This document shows, one piece after another, positions 17,765 through 26,921 of a stretch of 64,000 nt of DNA. The notes under the pieces were generated by a model. The model saw nothing but the letters and a program-made list of their open reading frames with translations, did not search any database and had not been told where the DNA came from. The DNA comes from Patescibacteria group bacterium (GTDB lineage Bacteria; Patescibacteriota; Microgenomatia; Levybacterales; UBA12049), in assembly GCA_041743715.1 (NCBI GenBank), contig JBGTMH010000004.1, positions 1,097 to 65,096 of the forward strand. The letters run 5' to 3'. How positions within the stretch are numbered: position 1 is the stretch's first letter; every line of letters starts with the position of its first letter. A program made the translations under genes and the position numbers.

Positions 17765-18274
17765 TTAATTTTTTGATCCTGCCGGCAAGCTTTCGCAAGC
17801 TTCACCGTCTTTGTCACCGTCGAGGCGGTTAACATCGTTTCCTTTACCGCCGACTTTCTGAAAGAAAGATTGGGACTCTGATTTGGTCGAGAAGTCATCA
17901 CAATTATAGTCATCAGCTTTTTTCCCTGCGGCTTTATCAGTAGTGATATTTCCCATCTTGTCAAAAAGAATATTTCCTTCTGAATCTCGGCTGACCTTTG
18001 ATTGCTCAAATGATTTGGTTTCCCAAAGCTTCCCTAAGTCAAAATCATTTTGTGATACTTCGAGTCCAAATGCTGCCAGGAGTGTAATAAATATAATAGC
18101 CAGAAAAATTCGTGCTTTTTCCCAGAGAACAAAAAGTACCCCGACAATTACCATGAGGGCAAGGATGAGACCCAATCGGAATTTCCTGTTTGCGCGAAGT
18201 TTGGAGAACTTTGAAGGTTCTTTCTGTTTTGTTTTCTCTTTTTCCTGATCAGTATCCTTTTCTTTCTCAGCCAT
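17765..18274 (-). CDS. Membrane-anchored protein with C-terminal Excalibur calcium-binding domain
   Basis: CDDFSTKSESQSFFQKVGGKGNDVNRLDGDKDGEACESL (Excalibur DxDxDGxxCE motif). ATG 18274 is preferred over the longer track ORF. Confidence 0.65.
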   Translation of the reverse strand: MAEKEKDTDQEKEKTKQKEPSKFSKLRANRKFRLGLILALMVIVGVLFVLWEKARIFLAIIFITLLAAFGLEVSQNDFDLGKLWETKSFEQSKVSRDSEGNILFDKMGNITTDKAAGKKADDYNCDDFSTKSESQSFFQKVGGKGNDVNRLDGDKDGEACESLPAGSKN

Positions 18275-18384
18275 GATGCAATGATAGACTACGTTCGTGC
18301 GTTTTGCAAGAGAGAATATATAATTCCAGCAACCACAGTTGATCATTAATTGACATACTAGTTGAATTCTTTTACTGTTAAGGT

Positions 18385-20943
18385 ATGCCTCATATTCAGC
18401 AGGTAGCGTTTATCAAAAATCATAAGAAACTCTTTGGCGTCATCAGCATCCTTGTGATTGCTTTTATTTTATCCTTAACCGTCTTCACTGCCCAACAGCA
18501 ACAAAATACCAATAGCAAAGCAATAAATGTAAAACGTGTGGCTTCAATTAGTGAGAAAAAGTTATTTGCCGCCCCTTCTTTACTGGCGATGAATAACCGA
18601 GTGGTCACGATTAGAAGAGCACCTGTATTTTCAACCACGTCAGTGAAAGGAAAATATGCCGGAAAACAAAATAATGGCGTTGCCGGTGTCATTATTAATG
18701 GGCCGATTCGGGTTTTTGATTCCTGGTGGTGGCATGTCGATTTTGATTCAGGTCCTGATGGCTGGACAAGTGAAGATTTCTTGAGAAAAATAAGCGGAGA
18801 TAATCCATCCCCTGAGCCTATACCTACTGGTGTGCCATATAGCCTGCAGGCTCCACTTATTGTTAATCTGGATCCTGCAAACAATTCCAAAGTAAACAGG
18901 TCATCGGTCGTAGTAAAAGGAGGAGTCGTCGACAGTGTCTCGCCTGCGTCGCAAATAAAAATGACTATTAATAATGAACCTGTGAATCTTACTGCTGATG
19001 GGGCCTTCCAAAAAGTGCTGCAATTACCTAATCGACAAAACGCGTTCAATTTCCGCACGTACGGTGCCGACAAAAATCCTCGTCAACAGACAAATGTTCT
19101 CACGGCATATCTTGACGGTTCCGTGATCTATGGCTCTGATGCCCAGCGCGCAGCAGCACTTCGTACATTCAGCGCAGGTAAGCTCAAAACTACTGCCGGC
19201 AATCTTCCTCCCTTAAACACCGAAGGCTTACCAAATACAAATGATGCGCATATTTTCCCAAATGACCAAATGTTCCTTGCAGGCGACACGAGATCCAATG
19301 AAAATATAGAACTTACCGCAACCCATACGCTCTTTATCCGCGAACATAATTTACTCGCTGATGCAATTGCAAGGCAATATCCAGCTTTAACTGATGAGGA
19401 AATTTATCAGAGTGCCCGGCAAATTGTTGCGGCAGAATTACAGGTAATTACCTATAAAGAATTTATCCCTGCGCTCTTAGGTTCCAATGTCTTACCTCCT
19501 TATAATGGATACAAACCAAACGTCAATGCTGGTATTGCCAATGAATTCTCAACAGCGGCATTTCGTATCGGGCATACACTCGTCAACGATGATGTGGAAT
19601 TTTTTGATAATGAAGGCGAAGAAGTTCGTGAGGAGTTAGAGCTTGCTGAAGCTTTTTTCAATCCCCACGTATTAAGAGAAACAGGTCCTGATCCGATTTT
19701 GAAATATTTAGCTACAGATAACGCACAGGAAGTTGATACAAAAATAGTGAGAGGCCTACGAGACTTTCTCTTCGGACCTGCAGGTGCCGGAGGATTAGAT
19801 CTGGCTTCACTAAATATCCAACGCGGCCGTGATCATGGGCTTTCGGATTATAATACAACTCGGAAAGCATACGGCCTGCCGCCTATCACAAATTTTAATC
19901 AGATTACAAGTAATATAGAACTGCAGCAAAAACTCAGGGACGTTTACGGGAATGTCAATAATATTGATCTTTGGGTGGGAGGTCTGGCTGAAGATCATGT
20001 AAGTGGTACCAGTGTCGGTCAGACGTTTCAGAAAATTATGGCAGATCAGTTTATACGACTGCGGGATGGAGATCGCTTTTGGTATCAGCGAAATTTTTCA
20101 GGCAAACAGCTTGCAGCTCTGGAATCCACCCGGCTTTCGGATGTTATACGACGGAATACCACAATTACCAAATTACAAGATAATGTCTTTTTCTTTGACG
20201 AAGATACAACGCTTCCAAGTCTGGTTGCAAAAGCTGGATCAATCCCAGATGGATTAATCGGTAATGGAAACCGTCCAAATAAAAATGCCTTCGTGCCGTT
20301 TGATGCGTATGGGAATAATAAAACATATCCATATTGGGGACAAGCCGGAGTTGCGTTGGTCAGGATGGCACCGGCATCGTATGCAGATGGTATTGCAACT
20401 CCAGCAGGACCCAGCAGACCAAGCCCACGGCTTATTAGTAACATGGTTGCCTCTCAAAGTGCTGAAGAAATGGGTGAAGATGCTCCAAGAAATAACCGTC
20501 AGATATCTGACTGGATTTATGCGTGGGGACAATTCATTGATCATGATTTTGGTCTCACAAGCGGTTCATCGGAAGCTTTCCCTATTCAAGTACCCAAAGG
20601 TGATCCGTTATTTGATCCTGAAAAGACCGGAGGACAGATTATCCCACTGAGACGCTCAATGTATGACGTCGGAACAGGGACAGGGACGACGAAATATCGT
20701 GATATGAACTATATGCTGCGTGTTTCACACCTGTCAATTGGTAAAATAATCAAATTGAAAGGATTACATAAACTCTATGCAAATCCTTCCATTCAAGGTC
20801 AGGAACTCTATAGGCATAACGTCAGCGCTGAAGGAACAATACTCGCTGGACCTATCGCAGCAGAAGGTCAAAACTGGTGGCGTATTTACAGCCAAGGAAA
20901 AAGCGGCTGGATCCCCGAATCTGCACTGGATGATAATCCGTAG
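18385..20943 (+). CDS. Animal-haem-peroxidase family protein with non-canonical (circularly permuted) segment order, flanked by SH3b-like domains
   Basis: TNVLTAYLDGSVIYGS, FLAGDTRSNE, LFIREHN, FRIGHTLV, LNIQRGRDHGLSDYN and DGDRFWY come first (aa ~223-600). DAYGNN...WGQAG...YADG...WGQFIDHDFG...PKGDPLFDP...IPLRRS follow at aa ~635-758. N-terminal TM anchor. SH3-like W-rich domains lie at aa ~70-135 and ~775-850. Confidence 0.8.
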   Translation: MPHIQQVAFIKNHKKLFGVISILVIAFILSLTVFTAQQQQNTNSKAINVKRVASISEKKLFAAPSLLAMNNRVVTIRRAPVFSTTSVKGKYAGKQNNGVAGVIINGPIRVFDSWWWHVDFDSGPDGWTSEDFLRKISGDNPSPEPIPTGVPYSLQAPLIVNLDPANNSKVNRSSVVVKGGVVDSVSPASQIKMTINNEPVNLTADGAFQKVLQLPNRQNAFNFRTYGADKNPRQQTNVLTAYLDGSVIYGSDAQRAAALRTFSAGKLKTTAGNLPPLNTEGLPNTNDAHIFPNDQMFLAGDTRSNENIELTATHTLFIREHNLLADAIARQYPALTDEEIYQSARQIVAAELQVITYKEFIPALLGSNVLPPYNGYKPNVNAGIANEFSTAAFRIGHTLVNDDVEFFDNEGEEVREELELAEAFFNPHVLRETGPDPILKYLATDNAQEVDTKIVRGLRDFLFGPAGAGGLDLASLNIQRGRDHGLSDYNTTRKAYGLPPITNFNQITSNIELQQKLRDVYGNVNNIDLWVGGLAEDHVSGTSVGQTFQKIMADQFIRLRDGDRFWYQRNFSGKQLAALESTRLSDVIRRNTTITKLQDNVFFFDEDTTLPSLVAKAGSIPDGLIGNGNRPNKNAFVPFDAYGNNKTYPYWGQAGVALVRMAPASYADGIATPAGPSRPSPRLISNMVASQSAEEMGEDAPRNNRQISDWIYAWGQFIDHDFGLTSGSSEAFPIQVPKGDPLFDPEKTGGQIIPLRRSMYDVGTGTGTTKYRDMNYMLRVSHLSIGKIIKLKGLHKLYANPSIQGQELYRHNVSAEGTILAGPIAAEGQNWWRIYSQGKSGWIPESALDDNP

Positions 20944-20991
20944 TTTTAGAGCTTGAGAGAGTGATAATAGAATTGATAAGATTGATAGACG

Positions 20992-21471
20992 ATGAATGAT
21001 ATTTATAAAATACTTCAGCATCTCGAGATTGAATATGAAAAATATGAACACCCAGCGGTTTTTACTGTTGAGGAAGCTGCGCAGTATGATAGGGGAATTG
21101 ATGCTGGGAAAAGTAAGAATCTTTTTCTTCGAAATAAAAAGGGGAATAAACATTTTTTGATTGTCGTCGAGAGTACAAAAAAGGTTGATCTCAAGCAACT
21201 GTCTACTCTTTTAAACGAAAGCAAATTAAGTTTTGCTTCTCCGGAAAGACTGAAAGAACATCTTGGGCTTACTCCTGGTTCTGTATCGCCGTTTGGAATC
21301 ATCAATGATGCCGATAAACTCGTGAATGTTATTATCGACACTGGACTGTTGCAATATGAAAGAGTAGGGTTTCACCCTAATATAAATACTGCAACGCTCG
21401 CGATAAAGACAGATGACTTCAAAAAATTTCTAGACTCGACTGGGAATAAAATAACGTATTTAGATTTGTAA
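20992..21471 (+). CDS. YbaK/prolyl-tRNA-synthetase-associated (ProX-like) deacylase domain protein
   Basis: EYEKYEHPAVFTVEEA...KNLFLRNKKGNKHFLIVV...LGLTPGSVSPFG. Confidence 0.7.
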   Translation: MNDIYKILQHLEIEYEKYEHPAVFTVEEAAQYDRGIDAGKSKNLFLRNKKGNKHFLIVVESTKKVDLKQLSTLLNESKLSFASPERLKEHLGLTPGSVSPFGIINDADKLVNVIIDTGLLQYERVGFHPNINTATLAIKTDDFKKFLDSTGNKITYLDL

Positions 21472-21498
21472 GTAATAAATCTCTTACATATTTAAGTC

Positions 21499-21543
21499 TT
21501 GACTTAATTAAGCGAATGATTTATTATATGTCCATATGGACAT
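21499..21543 (+). promoter_or_regulatory. Sigma70-type promoter (TTGACT-17-TATTAT) plus a perfect 16-bp palindrome over the ArsR start codon
   Basis: -35 ttgact at 21499-21504, 17-nt spacer, -10 tattat at 21522-21527. The palindrome ATGTCCATATGGACAT spans 21528-21543, and ATG 21536 lies inside it. Confidence 0.5.
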
Positions 21544-21856
21544 GTTTTCTGCATTAGGTGAGCCGACTCGACGTAATATTATTGAGCTGCTTGCGGCTTC
21601 TGGGCAATTGTCTTCGACCGATATCTCCAACAAATTTCATATCAGTTCTCCTGCAATCTCACAACATCTGAAAGTCCTTCGTGAAGCAAATTTAGTTCGT
21701 GTGGAGAAGCGGGCGCAGCAACGGATTTATAGTATCAATCCTGCATCTGTGCATGAGCTGGAGGATTGGATAAAAAAATTAACAAAGCTGTGGGAAGAGC
21801 GGTATGATGCTTTGGATAGAGTGTTGGAGGAAGAGAAGAAGAAACTAAAAAAGTAA
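21536..21856 (+). CDS. ArsR/SmtB family transcriptional regulator
   Basis: FSALGEPTRRNIIELLA...ISSPAISQHLKVLREANLV. Confidence 0.85.
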   Translation: MDMFSALGEPTRRNIIELLAASGQLSSTDISNKFHISSPAISQHLKVLREANLVRVEKRAQQRIYSINPASVHELEDWIKKLTKLWEERYDALDRVLEEEKKKLKK

Positions 21857-21874
21857 GGAAGGGGGTGAATAATT

Positions 21875-22381
21875 ATGACAGAGATGAAAGAAATAGTAAT
21901 AGAGCGCGTGTTTGACGCACCACGGGAATTAGTCTGGAAAGCCTGGACTGATCCCGAGATAGTGAAGAAATGGTGGGGACCTGAAGGTTTTAGCGCCCCA
22001 AGTATCAAGATTGATTTCAAAGTCGGCGGGAAATATATATTTGCGATGCGAGGACCGAAAGGTTCTGAATGGGATAAAGTTATGTACAGCTCAGGCGTGT
22101 ACAAAGAAATTGTGCCGAATGAAAAAATAGCTACAACCGATTACTTCAGTGACGAGCATGGAAACAAAATGAATCCAGTGGATTTTGGGCAAGATCCTAA
22201 CTCCCCAAGCGAAATGAAGGCGGTTATAACGTTTGAAGATGTGGAAAACGGCAAAACAAAGCTTACTATTACCTACCCACGACCTGAGAATGAAGAGCAA
22301 TTCCAGGCAATGCTGAAGAGTGGTATGCGGGAAGGTTGGATGTCAAGTCTTAATAAACTCGAGGCGAGTTTAAAAAGTTAA
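21875..22381 (+). CDS. SRPBCC (Aha1/START-like) domain protein
   Basis: [31 protein letters not shown]. Confidence 0.8.
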   Translation: MTEMKEIVIERVFDAPRELVWKAWTDPEIVKKWWGPEGFSAPSIKIDFKVGGKYIFAMRGPKGSEWDKVMYSSGVYKEIVPNEKIATTDYFSDEHGNKMNPVDFGQDPNSPSEMKAVITFEDVENGKTKLTITYPRPENEEQFQAMLKSGMREGWMSSLNKLEASLKS

Positions 22382-22441
22382 ACGAGAGATCCTGAATCAA
22401 GTTCAGGATGACAATAACAAGGGAAGGAGGTGAAAAATAGT

Positions 22442-22966
22442 ATGGCAAAGATAAAACAAAAAATTACACCATGTTTGTGGTTTGATATGGAATGTGAAGA
22501 GGCGATAAATCTGTATATTTCTGTCTTTAACAATCGTCCTGGAGCTTCAAAGAAAAACTCAAAGATTGTGAGTATCATGCGTTATCCTGAAGGGGTTGAT
22601 GTCGGACCGATGAAAGGAATGGGCGGAAAAGTGTTAACAGCAATTTTTGAACTTGAAGGACAGGCATTTCAAGCACTCGATGGTGGACCGATGTTTAAGT
22701 TCAACGAAGCGATTTCTTTTTCTGTCGAATGTGAAGATCAGAAAGAAGTTGATTACTTCTGGGGAAAGCTTTCAGCTGTCCCAGAATCAGAACAATGTGG
22801 TTGGTTGAAAGATAAATTTGGTCTGTCTTGGCAGATTATTCCTAAGCAATTGGGTGAGCTTTTGTCTTCAACCGACAAAGAAAAAGCAGGAAGAGCAATG
22901 CAAGCGATGCTTCAAATGAAGAAGATTGATGTCAAAAAACTTCAAGAAGCATATGATGGAAAATAA
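22442..22966 (+). CDS. VOC superfamily, PhnB/3-demethylubiquinone-9 3-methyltransferase-domain-like protein
   Basis: ITPCLWFDMECEEAINLYISVF...CGWLKDKFGLSWQI. ATG 22442 with SD aaggagg is preferred to GTG 22430. Confidence 0.75.
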   Translation: MAKIKQKITPCLWFDMECEEAINLYISVFNNRPGASKKNSKIVSIMRYPEGVDVGPMKGMGGKVLTAIFELEGQAFQALDGGPMFKFNEAISFSVECEDQKEVDYFWGKLSAVPESEQCGWLKDKFGLSWQIIPKQLGELLSSTDKEKAGRAMQAMLQMKKIDVKKLQEAYDGK

Positions 22967-23042
22967 TTCCAAAACAAATCCGTTCGGTCATCCCGGACTG
23001 ACAAATGTTCGGGATGGCAGCGGGGAAAGGGGGTGAATATAT

Positions 23043-23534
23043 ATGGCAAACAATAAAACAAAAATTACAGCAGAAGAGGGAAAACAGGAACTTTTTATTG
23101 AACGCGAATTCGATGCTCCAAGAGAGCTTGTTTTCAAAGCGTACACTGATGCGCAACTTTACGCACAGTGGGTGGGCCCAAGAGATCTTACTATGAAGCT
23201 TGAGAAGTTTGAGGCAAATAAGGGTGGCTCTTGGCGCTATACGCATGCTGATAAAGACGGGAACGAATATGCGTTTCATGGTGTTTTTCATGAAGTCTTG
23301 TCTCCTGAACGGATTATTGATACATTCGAATTCGAAGGGCTTGCAGAAACAGGGCACGTCATTCTCGAAACAGTAAAATTTGAAACATTACCAAATGGAA
23401 GAACCAAGGTGATATCTCAATCTGTATTCCAGTCAGTTGCTGACCGAGACGGTATGATGCAGTCAGGTATGGAACATGGAGTTAATGACTCGTATGAACG
23501 TCTCGATGAACTCCTTGCGAAAGGTGAAAAGTAA
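23043..23534 (+). CDS. SRPBCC (Aha1/START-like) domain protein
   Basis: [28 protein letters not shown]. Confidence 0.8.
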   Translation: MANNKTKITAEEGKQELFIEREFDAPRELVFKAYTDAQLYAQWVGPRDLTMKLEKFEANKGGSWRYTHADKDGNEYAFHGVFHEVLSPERIIDTFEFEGLAETGHVILETVKFETLPNGRTKVISQSVFQSVADRDGMMQSGMEHGVNDSYERLDELLAKGEK

Positions 23535-23607
23535 TAGTACACTACACATACAAAACCTTTGGTCGCCTCAGGCGGCCATTGGTGTGCAAAGAACGGGATG
23601 AATACTT

Positions 23608-24648
23608 ATGACAAAAAATAAACACACAAAAATAACCGCAGAATCGGACACCCCCCCCAAATTCATAGTAGTAATTGGCGCATCAGCCGGAGGATTGGAT
23701 GCATTGAAGGAAATGGTGCAGTCCTTACAAAAAGGACTCGATGTTGCTTATTGCATTGTACTTCACTTATCACGTAAAGGGATTGGTGATTTTGTTGTCC
23801 ATCGCTTGGAGCAAGTTACGTCTATGCATTGCAGTCTTGTCGTTGATGGTGCTCCCTTAAAAAAGGATAACATTTATATCGCCCGTCCCAACCAGCATAT
23901 GCTAGTCAAAGATAATACATTTATTTTGGGTGCTGGTCCTGAAGAAAACCGTTTCCGGCCGTCTATTGATGTGTTGTTCCGTTCCGCAGCTGTAGCTTAC
24001 AGCTCACGTGCCATAGGTATTATTTTAAGCGGTATGTTGGATGATGGTACATCAGGCATATGGGCTATTAAAAGAAGTGGGGGCACCTGTATCGTGCAAG
24101 ATCCTAACCAGGCTGAGTATCCTGATATGCCCCTTTCCGTCATAAACAATATGGAGGTTGATCATGTAGCAACTCTTGAAGAAATGGGTCCACTCGTCGC
24201 TGAAATAATACAACATAACACAGGAGGCAAAAAGCCAGTGCCTCAAGATGTTATAGCTGAATCAAAAATTGCTGAGACAACAGCAGTAGGTATAGATGTT
24301 ATTGAGAAATTAGCCGAAACAAGTGTCTTTGCCTGTCCTGATTGCGGAGGTAACTTATGGGCTATGAAAGACGATACAATTAAACGTTACCGGTGTCACA
24401 TAGGTCACGCCTATACGCAGCGTGATTTAGTAATAAAACAAGCAGAGACAGCAAGCACCACTTTGTGGGTGGCGCTTCGAATGATGGAAGAGCGTAAACA
24501 TCTTTTAAGAAAATTGGAAGTTGATAGCGTAAAAAAAGGACATAAAAGCATAGCCACAAACCATGGAGAAAAACAAGATGTCATGCAACGTCATATCGAT
24601 AGGTTAAAAGATATCCTATTCGATTTGCAAAATTATGATACAACATAA
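23608..24648 (+). CDS. cheB: Stand-alone CheB-type methylesterase domain protein with C-terminal zinc ribbon and coiled coil
   Basis: VVIGASAGGLDAL..., GMLDDGTSG, then CPDCGGNLW...YRCHIGHAYT. There is no receiver domain and no other che genes in the window. Confidence 0.7.
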   Translation: MTKNKHTKITAESDTPPKFIVVIGASAGGLDALKEMVQSLQKGLDVAYCIVLHLSRKGIGDFVVHRLEQVTSMHCSLVVDGAPLKKDNIYIARPNQHMLVKDNTFILGAGPEENRFRPSIDVLFRSAAVAYSSRAIGIILSGMLDDGTSGIWAIKRSGGTCIVQDPNQAEYPDMPLSVINNMEVDHVATLEEMGPLVAEIIQHNTGGKKPVPQDVIAESKIAETTAVGIDVIEKLAETSVFACPDCGGNLWAMKDDTIKRYRCHIGHAYTQRDLVIKQAETASTTLWVALRMMEERKHLLRKLEVDSVKKGHKSIATNHGEKQDVMQRHIDRLKDILFDLQNYDTT

Positions 24649-24671
24649 ACCTGTTTGAAAAAATAGAAATT

Positions 24672-26921
24672 ATGGCACAAGAATATATCCAGATTCGCGG
24701 CGCTCGCGAAAACAATCTGAAGAATGTCTCGCTTACTATACCGAAGCGTAAAATAACGATATTTACTGGAGTTTCAGGCTCTGGTAAATCATCGATAGTA
24801 TTTGATACCATTGCCACAGAAGCCCAGCGTCAGCTCAATGAAAACTTCAGCGCTTTTATCCGTGGCTTTCTACCGAGGTATTCGCAGCCTGATGCTGATG
24901 CAATTGAAAATTTAAGTATGGCAATTGTTGTCGATCAGAAACGTATGGGTGGCGGATCGCATTCGACTATGGGGACAATTACCGATATTTATACTGTGTT
25001 GCGGCTTTTGTTCTCTCGCGTCGGCAAACCGTTTGTCGGGTATTCCAATGTGTTTTCTTTTAATGATCCCCAAGGCATGTGTCCTGACTGTAATGGATTA
25101 GGACGAAAGATAGGTATTAACTCCGATGGTTTTTTGGATATGACCAAGTCGCTCAATGAAGGCGCTGTTCAGGTTCCTCTGTTCGTTGTTTGGGAGAAGG
25201 AAAGTTATAAAAGTTCAGGATTTTTTGATAACGATAAAAAACTCTCAGATTTTACCCCCGAGGAAATGGATTTACTCTTGCATGGCAAAGACCGCAAGTT
25301 TAAATTTAAAATTGGTGAAGGTACGATGAACGCAACCTACCTTGGGATTATTGAAAAGCTTACCCGTTCATATATCAAACGCGATATCAAAACGTTATCA
25401 GAACGCACACAAAAAATGGTTGCACCGTATCTAACGTTTGGTCCATGTGATCTGTGCCGCGGAACCCGCCTCAGCCAAGCGACGCTCAGTTGCAAAATAA
25501 ACGGCCGCAATATCGCTGAACTTTCCTCAATGGAAGTAACCGAGTTGCTCCAGGTAATCAAAGCAATAAAAGATCCGGTTGCGACGACAATGGTCAAGAC
25601 ATTAACAGAACGTTTGCAGCACGTGAGTGATATCGGTCTTGAATATCTCAGTCTTAACCGTGAAACTGACACATTATCTGGTGGAGAATCACAGCGAATC
25701 AAAATGGTCAAACATCTCTCAAGTAGTCTGGTCGATGTGATGTATATTTTTGATGAACCAAGTGTGGGCCTGCATCCACGGGATGTACATCGTTTGAATG
25801 AATTGTTACAAAAATTACGTGATAAAGGGAATACCGTTATTGTGGTCGAGCATGATCCTGATGTCATAAAAGTTGCTGATTACATCGTTGATGTCGGACC
25901 ACACGCAGGAAGCAGGGGAGGTACGATTGTTTACGAAGGAAGCTTTGCTGATCTGCTCAAAGCAGATACATTGACCGGCAAACACATGAGTCAATCTTTG
26001 CCGATCAAAGAAACGTTTCGTCCTGCCAAAGGCAAGCTTCCGATTGTGAACGCCAACAAAAATAATCTGCAAAACGTCAGTGTCGATATCCCGACTGGTG
26101 TGCTGACGGTCATAACTGGTGTTGCCGGTTCGGGTAAAAGTTCACTCATCCATCAGGTTTTTCTCAAACAGCATCTCGATGCCATCGTCATCGACCAATC
26201 AGCAGTCGGAGCTAACTCCCGTTCCAATCCTGCCACGTATACAGGCATTATGGATGACGTGCGCAAAGCGTTTGCTGATGCAAATAAAGTAAATGCAGGA
26301 TTATTTAGCTTCAATTCCACAGGTGCCTGCGAAAATTGTCAGGGACAAGGGGTGGTATATACAGACTTAGCATTCCTGGATGCTGTCAAAAGTCCATGCG
26401 AAGTCTGTGGTGGAAAGCGTTTCAAAGATGAAGTGCTGAAATACACATTGAACGGTAAATCTATCGCGGATGTACTAGAGATGACTGTCGAGCAAGCGCT
26501 TAATTACTTTAGTATCCGTGATATCGTCCGCAAGTTACAATCGATGAGTGATGTGGGTTTGAATTATCTAAAGCTCGGACAGCCACTGAACACACTCTCA
26601 GGTGGCGAATGTCAAAGAATCAAATTAGCAAGTGAATTGCACAAAAAAGGAAGTATTTATGTGATGGATGAGCCGACAACTGGTCTGCATATGTCTGATT
26701 TAAGCCATTTATTAACAATCATGAACAGTCTTGTCGATAAGGGCAACACAGTCATTGTCATAGAACACAACCTCGACGTAATCAGAAATGCTGATTGGAT
26801 TATCGACATGGGTCCCGAAGGTGGCTCGAAGGGTGGGAAAGTTATGTTCGAGGGTACTCCAAAACAGCTGCTTTTAGCAAAACATTCACTAACAAGTGAG
26901 TATTTGCAGAAATCATTATGA
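24672..26921 (+). CDS. UvrA-family ABC ATPase, short (UvrA2-like) form
   Basis: IRGARENNLKN, two Walker A motifs (GVSGSGKSS and GVAGSGKSS), two LSGGE signatures and Zn-finger Cys pairs. It is 749 aa versus ~940 aa for canonical UvrA. Confidence 0.85.
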   Translation: MAQEYIQIRGARENNLKNVSLTIPKRKITIFTGVSGSGKSSIVFDTIATEAQRQLNENFSAFIRGFLPRYSQPDADAIENLSMAIVVDQKRMGGGSHSTMGTITDIYTVLRLLFSRVGKPFVGYSNVFSFNDPQGMCPDCNGLGRKIGINSDGFLDMTKSLNEGAVQVPLFVVWEKESYKSSGFFDNDKKLSDFTPEEMDLLLHGKDRKFKFKIGEGTMNATYLGIIEKLTRSYIKRDIKTLSERTQKMVAPYLTFGPCDLCRGTRLSQATLSCKINGRNIAELSSMEVTELLQVIKAIKDPVATTMVKTLTERLQHVSDIGLEYLSLNRETDTLSGGESQRIKMVKHLSSSLVDVMYIFDEPSVGLHPRDVHRLNELLQKLRDKGNTVIVVEHDPDVIKVADYIVDVGPHAGSRGGTIVYEGSFADLLKADTLTGKHMSQSLPIKETFRPAKGKLPIVNANKNNLQNVSVDIPTGVLTVITGVAGSGKSSLIHQVFLKQHLDAIVIDQSAVGANSRSNPATYTGIMDDVRKAFADANKVNAGLFSFNSTGACENCQGQGVVYTDLAFLDAVKSPCEVCGGKRFKDEVLKYTLNGKSIADVLEMTVEQALNYFSIRDIVRKLQSMSDVGLNYLKLGQPLNTLSGGECQRIKLASELHKKGSIYVMDEPTTGLHMSDLSHLLTIMNSLVDKGNTVIVIEHNLDVIRNADWIIDMGPEGGSKGGKVMFEGTPKQLLLAKHSLTSEYLQKSL

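Noticed and set aside
22389-22409. An 8-bp hairpin atcctgaa-tcaag-ttcaggat between the SRPBCC and PhnB-like genes. It shares the ctgaa/ttcag core with the MITE-like repeat ends.
   Set aside because: It is too short to claim relatedness to the 122-bp element, and there is no T tract. It is likely just an intercistronic hairpin.
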